Of a DNA stretch of 64,000 bases, positions 36,537-48,679 are shown one piece after another. The position numbers were made by a program, and so were the translations under genes. How positions within the stretch are numbered: the stretch's first letter is position 1; each line of letters opens with the position of its first letter. The notes below the pieces were generated by a model that ran no database searches, was not told where the DNA came from, and worked only from the letters and a program-made list of their open reading frames with translations. Source of the stretch: Squalus acanthias (taxonomy: Eukaryota); the NCBI GenBank assembly GCA_030390025.1, contig CM059432.1, forward strand, positions 130,016,001 through 130,080,000, in the 5' to 3' direction.

Positions 36537-37142
36537 GGGGAGATTTTTCAATCTGCACCTAAAACAGGAATGAAGTGGGAGTTGCGTCTGCGACTCATGC
36601 CCAAAGCTACACACGGGAGGCCCAAACCTGAAGATGGTTTCAGCCAGCAGGTTGCACTCCACTGCAGCTCGCCAGTTTTGGAAGGCTGAACATCATGAGT
36701 CCTGTTGGGGGAGGAGAGCCGATCCTGGCATGGGCTGGGGGAGGTGCGGGGTGAGGCGAGAACACGCCGGCACTGGGCTGAATACACTTCCTGGCCCCAC
36801 AAAAATAGGGCATCTTCCTGAGCAGCCCCTTCAAGGACCGTTGGTTAGGCCACTCAGCACTTGGTACAACTGGGTCTAGTGTATACAGCGCACACTCCGC
36901 ACAATAAGCACATGAAAATTGCAACCGAGGTCCTACAACAGACATAGGACTCTAATTTGCATATTCAAACAGCCTGAATCCTGTTTTGGGCCGGAGTGCT
37001 GAACACCCATTTAAAGCCCTGCCTGGAAATTGAATCAGGTGGTCTTGGGCATCAAAGGGGTGCTCAAGGTGCGCATCCAATTTTCCTCTGCCGGTCACCC
37101 ATTTTCAGGCGCAAAATGTGGCTGGCAGTTGAAAATCGCCCC
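36537..37142. mobile_element. Harbinger-type MITE
   Basis: TIRs GGGGAGATTTTTCAA / TTGAAAATCGCCCC, flanks tag/tac. Confidence 0.7.
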
Positions 37143-38031
37143 TACATTGCAATGGTTTGTCAGTTTCACACTCTTTGGTACACCAGTAGTTCTCATAACA
37201 CATGCATTATTTTTGTCTCCTTCTTAAAGAAGAACATGCCTCTCATACCACATTTATTGAATGGCAGGTAAAGGCAGTGCAACAGAACGTAACTGACTGT
37301 GTTTCATGTAACTTTTTTTAATCAGTGGCTGCTCTGAAAAATAAATATCTGACTGTTGAACTATATTAGTTGCATTAATCACATTTTAACAAGATAATGA
37401 ACTTCTTAAGATCTTGGAGATGCTGAGGACCAACTCGGAGGACCTGAGACAGATACTCGGAGTCACGGCGGAGTCCAAAGCCATCGTCAGTGCCAATATC
37501 CGAGAAGGATTCAACACAGTGCAGTGCTACCTGGAGAAGTTGGTGGCATCCATTCCCCCGACAGAGAGACCAGTCATTGCATCCAATGTGGATGCTTTGA
37601 CAACTGACCTTAAAGCCCTTGTGGGGCATCTGAGAGCTTTAGTGCAATGCCTCCAGGATCTAACTGACACCATCTGCCCTCCCTCTGATCTACTGAGATC
37701 CAGGACCCCGCACAAGTGACATGGCTAGATTCCAGCTTCATGACCCGTTCTGCCTTCTGGTGCCTTTTTAGCCAGCCCCTTCCGATGCCTGCTCATGTAG
37801 GTATCAGTATACAGGACCAGGTTGAGCTGCCCAAGCGCCTGCAATAGTGACACAGGTGCTGAAGAGTCCTCTCCCCAGGGCTCAGATGCTCTGAGACAAG
37901 GGTCACCTCTGTCTCAAGAGCCTCATGATACCACAGCGCAACCAAGCACCACTGGTGTCCCTGATATCACCTGAGCACAGCACCAGGATAGATTTAAGAA
38001 TAGCACAGAGCGGCACCAGGGATACACACAG

Positions 38032-38613
38032 TGCTAATAAGGCCTGTAAAAAAGGTACAGTAATAATCATGGGTGATTTTAATCTCCATATTGATTGGAC
38101 AAATCAAATTGGCCATGGTAGCCTTGAGGAGGAGTTCATAGAGTGCATCCGGGATGATTTCCGAGAGCAGTATGTAATGGAACCAACCAGGGAGCAGGCT
38201 ATCTTGGATCTGGTAATGTGTAATGCGACAGAATTAATAAATGATCTCATAGTAAAGGATCCTCTAGGAAAGAGTGATCATAACATGGTTGAATTTCAAA
38301 TTCAGTTGGAGGGTGAGAAAGTTGTATCTCAAACCAGTATTTGATCTTAAACAAAGGCAATTACAATGGCATGAGGGCAGAACTGACTAAAGTGGACTGG
38401 TTCTCTGCCCCAGAGAGCCGTGGAGGCTGGGTCATTAAATACATTTAAGGTGGAGATAGACAGATTTTTACAAGATAAGGGAGTGAAGGGTTATGGGAAG
38501 CGGGCAGGGAAGTGGCTTTGAGCCCAAGATCAGCCATGATCTTATTGAATGGCGGAGCAGGCTCAAGGGGCCAAGTGGCCTATTCCTGCTCCTATTTCTT
38601 ATGTTCTTATGTT
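38032..38613 (+). mobile_element. CR1 LINE with an internal deletion: APE endonuclease fragment joined to the 3' tail
   Basis: IIMGDFNLHIDW...PTREQAILDLV...LGKSDHNMV. From 38401 it is nearly identical to the reverse complement of 52515-52718. Confidence 0.88.
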
Positions 38614-38739
38614 CATATGAAACACTTGCTGTAAATATATATGTACACAGTAAAACCATTGACTGTAGATAGTGGAGTACAAAATAAACGGCAAACGGGG
38701 TACTTCTGGGATTATGCAATCTCGGTCTATGAGTGTGGT

Positions 38740-41700
38740 TAGCAGCATTACTGAACAAAAGGTGAAGGCTAATGTAAAGGTGTAAGGGTGAAGAATAATG
38801 ACAAGAGTGAGGACCGGAAGGACTATAAAAGCAACAAATTCAGGAAAGTAATAAGAAAGGCATAAAAGGAGTATGAAAAAAAATTGCAGATGGCATCAAG
38901 AGATATAGCAAATGCTTTTATAAGTACATCAAGAAAAACAGTGGTTAAGATGTCCATTAAACACAGATTCGGGCAAAACAATAGTCAAGTTTTAGGACAA
39001 AGAGAAAGTAGTAGCCCAGCGGAGAAAGAGGATACAATAGCAGAAGATTTGAGATCAGTGAGGTGGAGAAACTTAGAGAAATCAATATAAAAATTATAAT
39101 GGATAAAATAATGGGATTGCAGTTGGACACCTCTCCAGGCCCAGATGGTTTCCACCCAAGGAAATTGGAGATGTGTTGGTTATAAGAATTTGACTGTGAA
39201 CCCTGCACTGGTACATTGGTCAAGTAAAGCGCACCCAAAGTGTGCTCTTACTGACCTGAACCTACCCATATTTGCAGGTTCAGATCATTAGCCTAGGCTC
39301 AATGTATCCCAGGCACAGGCCCCCACTTGGCAAAGGCTTGTGCCTAGCAAAAGGTGCAGAAATGCACTCACTGCTATGGGCGTCAGAGCTTTGTGACTGT
39401 TATCAAAAAATAGCATTAAAAGGCCTTGAACCATGATTGCTGGTCCAATGTCCTTAAATAAAAATGGGCATCTTTTTGGGGGGTCCTGCTGCCTTCCATT
39501 CTCTTTATCCTCCAATTGGACAGGATCCAGGTTTAGGGCCTAAGGCCCTCCAGCCACCACCACCGCCCCCCCACCCCCACCCCACCCCCACCCACCCCCT
39601 ACCCCCGATCCCAGAGCAATGCAAAGGGAGTGCGGACCCATAATGCCGGGTCGCCTCCCCCTTTGCGCCCGAGAACTAAGCGTTCCGGAGGTGAAATTGA
39701 CAGAACATTTGGCCCTGTAATCTTCCAAAGCTCACTAGATTTAACGAGAGTAACAGGGAATTGGAAGGTAACAAAGATTATGCCGTTATCCAAAAGAGGA
39801 GAAACAGACAAACCAAGTAACCACAGGGCAGCGAGTTTAATGTAAGTAATGGGTAAATTGCTAGAATCCATCATCAGAGATATAGCCTGATTAAAGAGAG
39901 TCAGCACTGCTTTATGAAAGGTAGGTCATGTTTACCTAACCTAATAGAGTTCTTTGACAGAGTCAATATAGAAGCGGACGGAACATGATTAATGGATGTT
40001 GTTTACATGGATTTTCAGAAGGCATTTGACAAGAGACTACGAGCTAAAAGTGAGGTACGTGGAACTGAAGACAACCTCGCGGCATGAAGGTGAAACTCAT
40101 TGGAATGTAGCAGGTAGATAGTTGGGATAAAAGAGTCTGTTATATTTTTAGGTTTCTTTCTACCTTTCTTACTCTAGATTTTTCAGCTTCCAAGTTTTAG
40201 ATTTCATTCATATGCGGGTCCCAGCAATCTAAGCTTTTTCAGGATGTCTTCACTAGCCCTGATATCTAGATCGGCTTTTTACCAGCATGCCCAGGATAAC
40301 AATCAGAACAATCTTTCTGTTCATTGCTTTCAGCTGCTGGAATTATCCTATACCTCCAGAGGATTTCTCTCCCGTCTTTAATATGTGATAAAGCACTGAA
40401 ATTTCAGACCTCATTTTAAGTTTAAATTAAATTTATTTTACAAAAGATGAACAAGTGAATAACTAACATTGACATATTACATATTCATTTACAACAGAAA
40501 TCCTTCTATCCAGCTCCTTGAAAGAAAAGCAAAGAAAAGTTACAATTTAATACTCGTTTTTTTTGTAAAATACCTTTGAATACGCAATTTTCTGCTTCTT
40601 CTTCCATTTCTTCCCACTACAGGGGGATCTAATGCTGGCTTAAACTATTCTCTTGAGTGTTACAAACCAATGTTCAAGATTTGAACAGGTACAGATGCTT
40701 AAATATCTGGGAAAAGAAAAACAAGGATCTCCTGAGTTTGAATTACTGTAAAGCAAATTGAAAAATAACTGGCCGTCACACATATAATTGACCAAGTCTT
40801 GAAATCTGTGTTTGTTCAAAAGTAACTTGGCTCCTCCCTTGAGCTTTGCAGATAACTGAGAAAACTTGAAACTTTTGTATTTGGCACAAGAATTTGGTTC
40901 CAGCTAGCTTTCAAACTCCTTTGTATGCATAAATGACCTTAATTTGGGATTGGAGGTGGGTATTTCCAAGTTTGTAGATGACATTAGGAAGAAGAGAACC
41001 GCAATTGGCGAAAAGAACATGGATTAAGCAATTGAACGGAACGATGGCATATGCGATTTAACGTGACAAAGTGTGAGGCAGTGCACTTTGGACATAAGAA
41101 TGGCAGTTGGGAGTATAATCTAAATGAGGAAGCACTGGGGAGGGTAGATGAACAAAGGGATTTAATGATCCAGGTATATAAGTCATTAAAAGCTAGCTCG
41201 CAGGCACAAAATGCAATCACAAAGGCTAATGGGACTATGGGCTTTGTCAGAAAGAGTTTTTAAATATAAAAGCAAGCAAATACTACTGCAGCTATACAGA
41301 GTATTGATCAGATCTCTGTGTTCAGTTTTGAGCGCCTCACCCTTGGAAGGCCTTGGAGAAAATCCAACAGGATGATACCAAGGATGAAAGGCTGAGTTAC
41401 AATGAGAAGACAGAATAAAGTTGGGTTCTATTTCCTGGAGATGAGGAAATTAAGGAGTGATATGTTTGAAGTGTTTAAAATAATAAAGGGAATTGATGAG
41501 GTAGATAGCGAAAGATTCCACCCTCTAAGTAGGAGAATTGAGACAAGGGATGTCATTTTGAGTTTGAGTTAAGCCAGTTAAAAGTGAAACCAGAAGGAAC
41601 TTTTTCACATAAAGGGCTGTGAGAAAGTGGACCGCACTACCCCAGAAGGCCATAGATGCATAGTCAACTGAAGTGTTCAAAAGGTATTAGTACTTAAAAC

Positions 41701-42330
41701 GACAACAACAACTTGCATTTATATAGTGCCTTTAATGTAGTGAAACGTCCCAAGGCACTTAACAAGAGCGTTATCAAACAAAATTTGACACCGAGCCTCA
41801 CACGGAGATATTAGGACAGGTGACCAAAATCTTGGTCAAAGAGGTAGGTTTTAAGGAGCGTCTTAAAGGAGGAGAGAGGGGTAGAGAGGCAGAGAAGTTT
41901 AGGGAGGGAATTCCAGAGTTTAGGGCCTAGGCAGCTGAAGGCACAGCCGCTAATGGCGGAGCGATGAAAATCGGGGATGCGCAAGAGGCCAGAATTGGAG
42001 GAGCATAGAGATCTCATAGGAACATATGAACAGAAGTAAGCTATTCAGCCCCTCAAGCCTGTTCCACCATTCAATAAGATCAAGGCTGATCTGTATCCCA
42101 ACTCCATCCACCCGCCCACCCACTCTCGGATGGATGGAGGGCTGGAGGAGGTTACAGAGATAGGGAGGGGCGAGGCCATGGAGGGATTTGAAAACAAGGA
42201 TGAGAAATTTAAAATCAAGGTGATTTTATCCTGAATCCCTTAATTATTTTCATATTATGGGATTCAGGAATATGGAAAAAAGCAGAGAATTTGGAATAAC
42301 TAAAAGGCTTGATGGGCTGAATGCCAACTC
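38740..42330 (+). mobile_element. Old fragmented CR1 ORF2, interrupted several times
   Basis: Collinear pieces at about 38740-39180, 39714-40135, 40915-41690 and 42255-42330 (NWKVTKIMPLSKRG, MRFNVTKCEAVHFG). Confidence 0.75.
41699..42222 (-). mobile_element. L2 LINE 3' end with a nested CR1 tail (about 42015-42120)
   Basis: Same family as 29572-29990 (AFSCLGPKLWNSLPK...KTYLFDQ). Confidence 0.85.
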
Positions 42331-42939
42331 CAAGAGGTGTACAAGATTATGACGGGTGTGGCTAGGCTAGACGGGGAAAGGCTGTTCCCACTAGTTGACA
42401 GTACAAGGACTAGGGGACACAGATTTAGGGGTAAAAATTCACTTGGTTGCGCCTCCCGTTAGCGCCTTAAGAGGGCGCTAATGGGGCGTTAAGCCGCTAA
42501 CGCCCGGGCGCAGCGCTGTTTGCGCCGCTCGAGAACTTAACTTGAGATTGTGCGGCGGCGCTAAAACTTACCGCTGCGACCACCTGCGCGCGCAGATTGT
42601 GACGTCATTCCATGGTGCAACGCCCTTGGGGCGCCCCGGAGCGGAAATTGAGTGGCGTCCCCTGCCTTACCGCCTGGCGCTTCCAACGACCGGAAGACTG
42701 GAACGTTATCAATCGGTGTGGGGCTGGGGGGGGCGCTATTTAAAGGGGGCCTCTTCCTGTCTTTTTCTGTGGTCGACATTTATGCACCACTCGTTCTGAG
42801 AGAGAGAGAGAGATTCGGAGAGAGAGAGAGAGAGACTTCTACATTGACTCAACGCTTTGTGAGGTAGTTTGGCCTAGTTCATCCTAACTTTGTTGCTACT
42901 TTAGTTGCTGTACCTCATTACTTTTCTGGCAAAGAGAAT

Positions 42940-43170
42940 ATGGGGGCTGCAATGATTGGGGGCGTCGTCCTGCTCCAGCTGAATCGGAGGATAGTGAGAC
43001 GCAGACAGAGAGTGGCAATGATGGCCAGACGGAGGAGGGCCATCAGGCGCATGTACAGGAGAGCTTACCCTCCCAGGGTATATCGTGAACAGCTCTCCTA
43101 CATCCATATGTCCGAGGAGCTGTGTTTGCGAAGGCTGCGATTCAGCAAGGAGGTGGTCACTGAGCTCTAG
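42940..43170 (+). pseudogene. Transposase stub (76 aa); about 0.9 kb of DDE core deleted
   Basis: MGAAMIGGVVLLQLNRR...RLRFSKEVVTEL* matches the start of the 63916 transposase, then jumps to sequence matching 62669-62757. Confidence 0.9.
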
Positions 43171-43464
43171 GGCCCCTGCCATTGCTACAAACACTAATCA
43201 ACCCAGCACGCAACCCCTAAGCCGGCCAAGGCACCAATAATTCCAACCACCAGCCATGTATATTTTGAATACAGAAACTTATTTATTTTACAAACTCTGT
43301 GTGTGTCAATTCCTCATGACAAACTCATAGAAATAAACACAAAAAAACAGTCAATAACATAACTGGTTCTCACAACCTGGAGATAATGTCCAAAACACTA
43401 AACAAAAGTTGGACCATGAACCTCGGCCTTTAATAAAAAAATGACCAGCATTTTGGCACACCTC

Positions 43465-45287
43465 CTACTTTTTGCCCTTCGAGGGTGATCTCCTTCCCTT
43501 GCGCACTTCCCCCCTTCTAACCCTACTGCTCCTCCGTAATGGGACCTCAGTGGCTGCAGCAAGGCTGGTGGAAGGCTGCTGCTCGTCAGACCCTGACACT
43601 GCAGATGCCCCTGAAGGACGGCCTCGACCACTTCTGGGCCTGGAGGGCCCGGCTGCAGACTGCACCAACTCTGCATGGGCGGCAGCAGTCTGTCCTACAG
43701 GCGGTGGCAAGTGCAGTGGAGAAGTGACAGTGTTGGCAGCAGGAATGCTGTCATCGTGAGAGAGGACAGCAACTCCCTGCTCGCCCGACACACTGGCACT
43801 CCCACGGGGCAGCACTTCAGCATCCGGAGCAATTTGCCGGAGAACAGATTGCTGGCCTGCTGCGGCGCGGTGACAGCCCCGGGGACATGTGCACGAACCA
43901 TCGAGGATGGCAGCAGTCAGTGCTCACGTGGCCTCAATCTGAGTCTGCATGAGAGCAGTCTCAGATGGGTTCCTGGCAGCCAGTGACTGAATTGCAGCAC
44001 TAAGCTTTAGTGTGGCATCCGCCTGTGCTACAGCGAAGTGCTCCACACTCCTTGCCAGTGACTCAATGGATTCGGGCACCCTTCCCACTGCACCCATGAG
44101 CTCAGTGTGCATGCCCACCGCCTGGCTGTTCATTTCTGCAATCAGCCGCTCCTCCTCTGCGTCCATTGCAGTAGGAGTGTCTGGCATACTCTCCCTCTGG
44201 GGAGAAGGCTCCCGTTCTTCCCTCCCCCCCCCATGGCGTTGCTGCAGCCCGCTGGGTCCTGGAGCTTCACCATCATCAGCCCCTTCCCCCCTGCTCCCCT
44301 CCGGGGAAGGCGTGTTCCCAGTGTGGGCATGGGCTTCCTCGGGAGAGGGTGGCACTGATGCTCCGGCTTCCTCTTCCTCCTCAGCTGCAGCATCACTCCC
44401 AGTGGCAGCTTCAGGGCCCGTCTCCTCAGCTGGTGAATCACCATCTGAAAGCAGGGAGGTACAAGAGTGGCTTTAGCGTGAGGACAGGGTGGCAGTAAGG
44501 GAGGAATAAGTGCAGCGAGTTAGCAAGTTGGATTGAAAGTGTCAAAGGCTGGTATTGTGAGGGACAAGTGGAAGGACAGAGGACAAAAAGGTGATGACCT
44601 TACCATTGCTGTCCACAACGGGGTCGGCGTCCCCAGTGGCGACGGGACCGATCACCCGGCTTGCCACAATCCTGTGGACGCGCTCCTCCAGATCACTGAG
44701 GGGTTGCAGCTGAAGCCGCCCTCCACCCGTCCGTTGCTGCTGTCTCCGATTATGAGCCAGCTTAGCCTGCAAGAAAAAGGACAGCATCTGAGTAAATATA
44801 CAGCCATGGTCTTGCCTGATGTGCCTCCCATAGGTGAATAGCCCTTACTGTATGCAGCCATGGTCTTGCCTGATGTGCCTCCCATAGGTGAATAGCCCTT
44901 ACTGTATGCAAAGTGTGGAATGTGTGTGTGTGTTTGATGAAAGGGCCATAGGTGTTGCATGAGTGTTGTGCATTGGGGTTTTAAGACCCTCTGGCCATAG
45001 AGTGAGGTTGAGATGGAGGGATGGAGAGGTATTGAGAAAAAGCCACTCACCCTGACGACCCGAGTGAGGTCGTTGAACTTTTTGCGGCACTGAACATGGG
45101 TCCTGGGCACCATGCTCCTGGAGGAGACGCTCTGAGCCACCTCCCTCCACACTCTTCTGAACTCGCGTGGCAAAGGCCTCCTGCCACTCTCCGGGAACAG
45201 CATGCATCGTCTGCGCTCCACTGCGTCAACCAGAGCATCCAAGGCCCGCTCGGTGAAGCGATGAGCGCGTTCTCTCACCCTCTCCAT
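43465..45287 (-). pseudogene. Myb/SANT-like gene (exons 45287-45051, 44766-44604, 44444-43465) with one CGA>TGA stop at 43924-43926
   Basis: Exon-by-exon match to 60709-62444. The frame is preserved across the stop. Confidence 0.9.
44801..44908. repeat. 54-bp perfect tandem duplication in Myb intron 1
   Basis: cagccatggtcttgcc...cttactgtatg x2; single copy in the sister element. Confidence 0.95.
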
Positions 45288-46185
45288 GCTTGGCAGCAAA
45301 ATGGATTACAGGTCTCTCCAGGCTGAGATTCAAGGCTGCAATGAGCAGGGTGTGGCTGGGGAGCAAGTGGCCCCCCCCGCTTTAAGAAGTGTCCGGCGCC
45401 AGTGTGTCTGTGTTCCCTCGCTAACTGGCAGCAGCTGCGCTGCGCTCGTGCGCTGAGGTAGCGCCTCACTCCTTGGCCTTTGCGCCTTAAGAGAGGTGTG
45501 CAGCGCCTAATTTAGCGCTCCACTCACCTCCCGGGGCGGTAAAAGTGAAGTTTCCTGTCAGTGCCGATAATTAGCGCCAGGCGCTAATATTTGCGCCCGG
45601 ACGATATTTGCGCCCCAAATGGGGCGCGACCTAATTTCTACCCCTTAAGGTTTTGGGCAAGAGATAAAAGGGGGATGTGAGGAAAAACTTTTTTATGCAA
45701 CGAGTGGTGAGGACCTGGAACTCGCTGCCAACAGAAGTGATGGAAGTGGAGACACTCAATGTTTTCAAGGGGAGACTGGATAGGCACTTAAGGGAAATAA
45801 ACTTGTAGGGCTACGGGGATAGAGCGGGGCAATGGGACTGACTGGATTGCTCTACAGAGAGTGGGCACAGACTCGATGGGCCAAATGGCCACTTTCTGTG
45901 CCGTTATGACTCTATGGCCGGGATTTTCCGAGTGGAAACGGGTTGGAGGCGGCTTTGATGATTGGCGGGTTCCAGTCCCGCTGCCGGTTTCAGCCGCCCT
46001 GAAATTACGATTTTTGCTTAAGTGGGCTGATTAAACCCGTTGTGCGCGATACCCGCCCAATCAGTGGGTTCGGGTCTCCTGCTCGCCTCTGCTGATGTCT
46101 TTCAGCCAGCTGTATTTAAGGGGCCCATGCAGCCTTGTTTTTGATCAATCCTATTCTGCTGCTTCTCGGTGTGGCACTTCTGAAA

Positions 46186-48111
46186 ATGACTGCTTCAAGA
46201 CCAAAGACATCTCCCAGATTTGATGCTGACTCCCTCAATGCTCTTGTGGAGGGAGTGAGAGGGCGCCAAGAGGTTCAATTCCCCTCAAATGGACGGAGGA
46301 AGCCTCCTCAGCAAACCAAAGCAGCCTGGCTGCAAATTGCTGAGGAGGTGAGCGCCAGGTCTTTGTGCTCACGCACCTGGGTTCAGTGTAGGAAAAGGTT
46401 CAATGACCTGCTATGCACAGCAAAAGTGAGTATAACATCACACTTATCTTCAATCTGCTCCCCATCTCCTCTCATCACCCTCACTCTGCATTGTCACCCT
46501 ACTCCTGCACATCCCACTTTACCCTTACATCCCTTGCACCCTTAACCATCCCTCTCTCTCTATGTACAGAATCACTTCACCATTCTACTATGCAGTCCTC
46601 ACACTCGCTCTCACTGTTATGCAATGACAACAACTAACAACGCACAGGGATGGCCCTTGGTATTGGCACCTCACTCCATCTTTGTCTTCCTCTAAGCATC
46701 TATGCTATGGATTCTCTACACTCACTCCAACATTCTCACTCAAACTCCACTTGTGTCCCTCATTGCAGGAAAAGAGAGCCCACAATAAGAGGGAGAGGGG
46801 CAGGACAGGAGGAGGGCCACCTTTGATTGCCCACTTGACCACCGCTGAGGAGGCTGCTCTCGACATCATCGGAGGTGCTGAGGATCTGGAAGTGAGGGAC
46901 AATCAGACGGGCGCAGTAGAGCAAGCTGGTGACAGAATAAATTTGCAGCCCTCTCATTTAGATTGCATGAGTGATGATATGGCATCTGATGTACATACCG
47001 ATTGAGTTCTGATCATCTGCACAATTCGATGTGCCTGCTACATTAATATCACATGTCTAATTCATGCCTTTACTCCCCCACAGGACCATCGAGAGCCACC
47101 ACCCCCCCCCCGCCTCCCCACTGTCCAGGAGGAAGAGCCGGACGACTCCTCAAAGGAAGCTGCAACCTCTGAGGGCGCAGTGTCAGCAGAATTTTGCGCA
47201 CCCAGCACCAGCGCAGAGACGCACACCTCGGTGGGTCATTCGCGAGATAGATTAGTGTTGTCACCTGGTGTATCACAGCTCACAAGTGAGCATCAGCAGA
47301 TGGTGGAGACAGGGACAGCAGTGGAGAGTCCTCGTCAGAGGCCGCAGGGCACTCCTAGCTCTGCTCAGCTGCATGTGTACCCTGTGCCTCTGGGGCCATC
47401 CAGAAAGAGAGCGGTGCTGGAACTTCAGCAACAAGTGCAGGAGGCTCTGACAGGTTTTGCATCCACGGTAACTGCAAGTGTGCAGAGAATGTAGGAGTCC
47501 ATCTCAAACATAAGCAATGCCATGTTGGAGGCAATGGTGCATGAACGTGCCACCATGGAGAGGGTGGCAACCTCCTTGGAGGACATAACTCGCCAGACTC
47601 AACAGAGCATGGTGACTCTTCTAAATAGATGGTCTGCTATGGAGGATAGATGGGCAGCTATTGAGGAGAGACACCAGAGGTACATGGACGTCCCCATTAT
47701 GAGGACTGTCAGTACAGAGACGGGTCCTCATGGCCCCACTGATATGCAGCAAGTGCTCTCCAGCTACTTGCCAGCAGTGAAGTGCGGGCAACCCATGAGA
47801 GGGATGTTGGTGGTCGACACCAAGGAAGTGTGGGCTCCTCTCCAAGCGCTCACACTCCCATGCCACTGCAGAGCCGTCGGTCAGAGCCCCAGATTCCTCA
47901 CCCAACTGAGATGGCCGTCTCAGCCCCTGCACAGCTGCAGGAGGAGCAGACTGTTGCCGAGCCCTCCCAGGCTCCCAAACCCAGAGGACGCCCGCCAAAG
48001 GCGTCGAAGCAGGAGCAGCATGAAAGTGAGCAAGGTGCCTCCACATCTGCTGAAGCCACAGGGGAAGCACCATGTAGAAGCACACGTAAGATAAAGTTAA
48101 CACACAAATAG
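46186..48111 (+). pseudogene. Myb/SANT-like gene (exons 46186-46425, 46769-46928, 47084-48111); exon 3 has a stop and frameshifts
   Basis: Translates MTASRPKTSPRFDADSLNALVEGV...AAWLQIAEEV...RTWVQCRKRFNDL|EKRAHNKRERGRTGGGPP. Confidence 0.9.
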
Positions 48112-48679
48112 TCACAAGGGTAGTCACTTGGGTGTTTTGATGCAATACAAATTAAGATTATCATCGTCATTTCAATTGTAATAAAGAAATGCGATGGCAA
48201 ACATTCAAAGAGTTGGCCTATGTGTGCCCAGAAATGGAAGTGTCACAGTGAGGTGTCACGGCACCTTTCATCTGTAATGATGGTTGTGAGAGTGATAGGA
48301 ACCCACAGTTTATTGTACAGATGGTGTATGGTGTGTTAAGACGGTGGCAGCCACACGTGTTTGCTTCGTAAACTTAAGCGAATCTGGCATGGATTAGTGC
48401 ATCCCTTGCATCACGGCCAGGAATGTGCTCGCGTGCTGGTGCAACTAGCACATCCGTCTCCGCAAGGTCTCCCTCCTCTGAGGAGGAGGAGGAGGAGGAA
48501 GCTGTGCACGGAGCCACTTGTTCCTCAGGCAGCGGTAAGCCATGCTGCTGTGTGAGGTTGTGCAGTGCACAGCAGACCACGATGAATCTGGAGACGCTGA
48601 TCTGTCGAGGCATCGGAATTGCATTTTGAGCAAGCCGATGGTTTGCTCGATGATGGCTCTGGTGGGAATGTGGCTCGCA

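Larger units (their letters stand above)
42428..45644. mobile_element. Young Harbinger deletion derivative, both ends intact
   Basis: TIRs GGGGTAAAAATT / AATTTCTACCCC with a perfect TTA TSD. Highly similar to 60415-64000 in opposite orientation. Confidence 0.95.
42333..45915 (+). mobile_element. CR1 3' fragment split by the Harbinger at 42428
   Basis: Rejoins as gacacagattta|aggttttgggc, as in the uninterrupted homologue at 23120-23143. Confidence 0.88.

Noticed and set aside
48619..48679. Start of the 339-aa RT ORF
   Set aside because: It is chimeric: the first codons are antisense transposase sequence upstream of the LINE truncation point.
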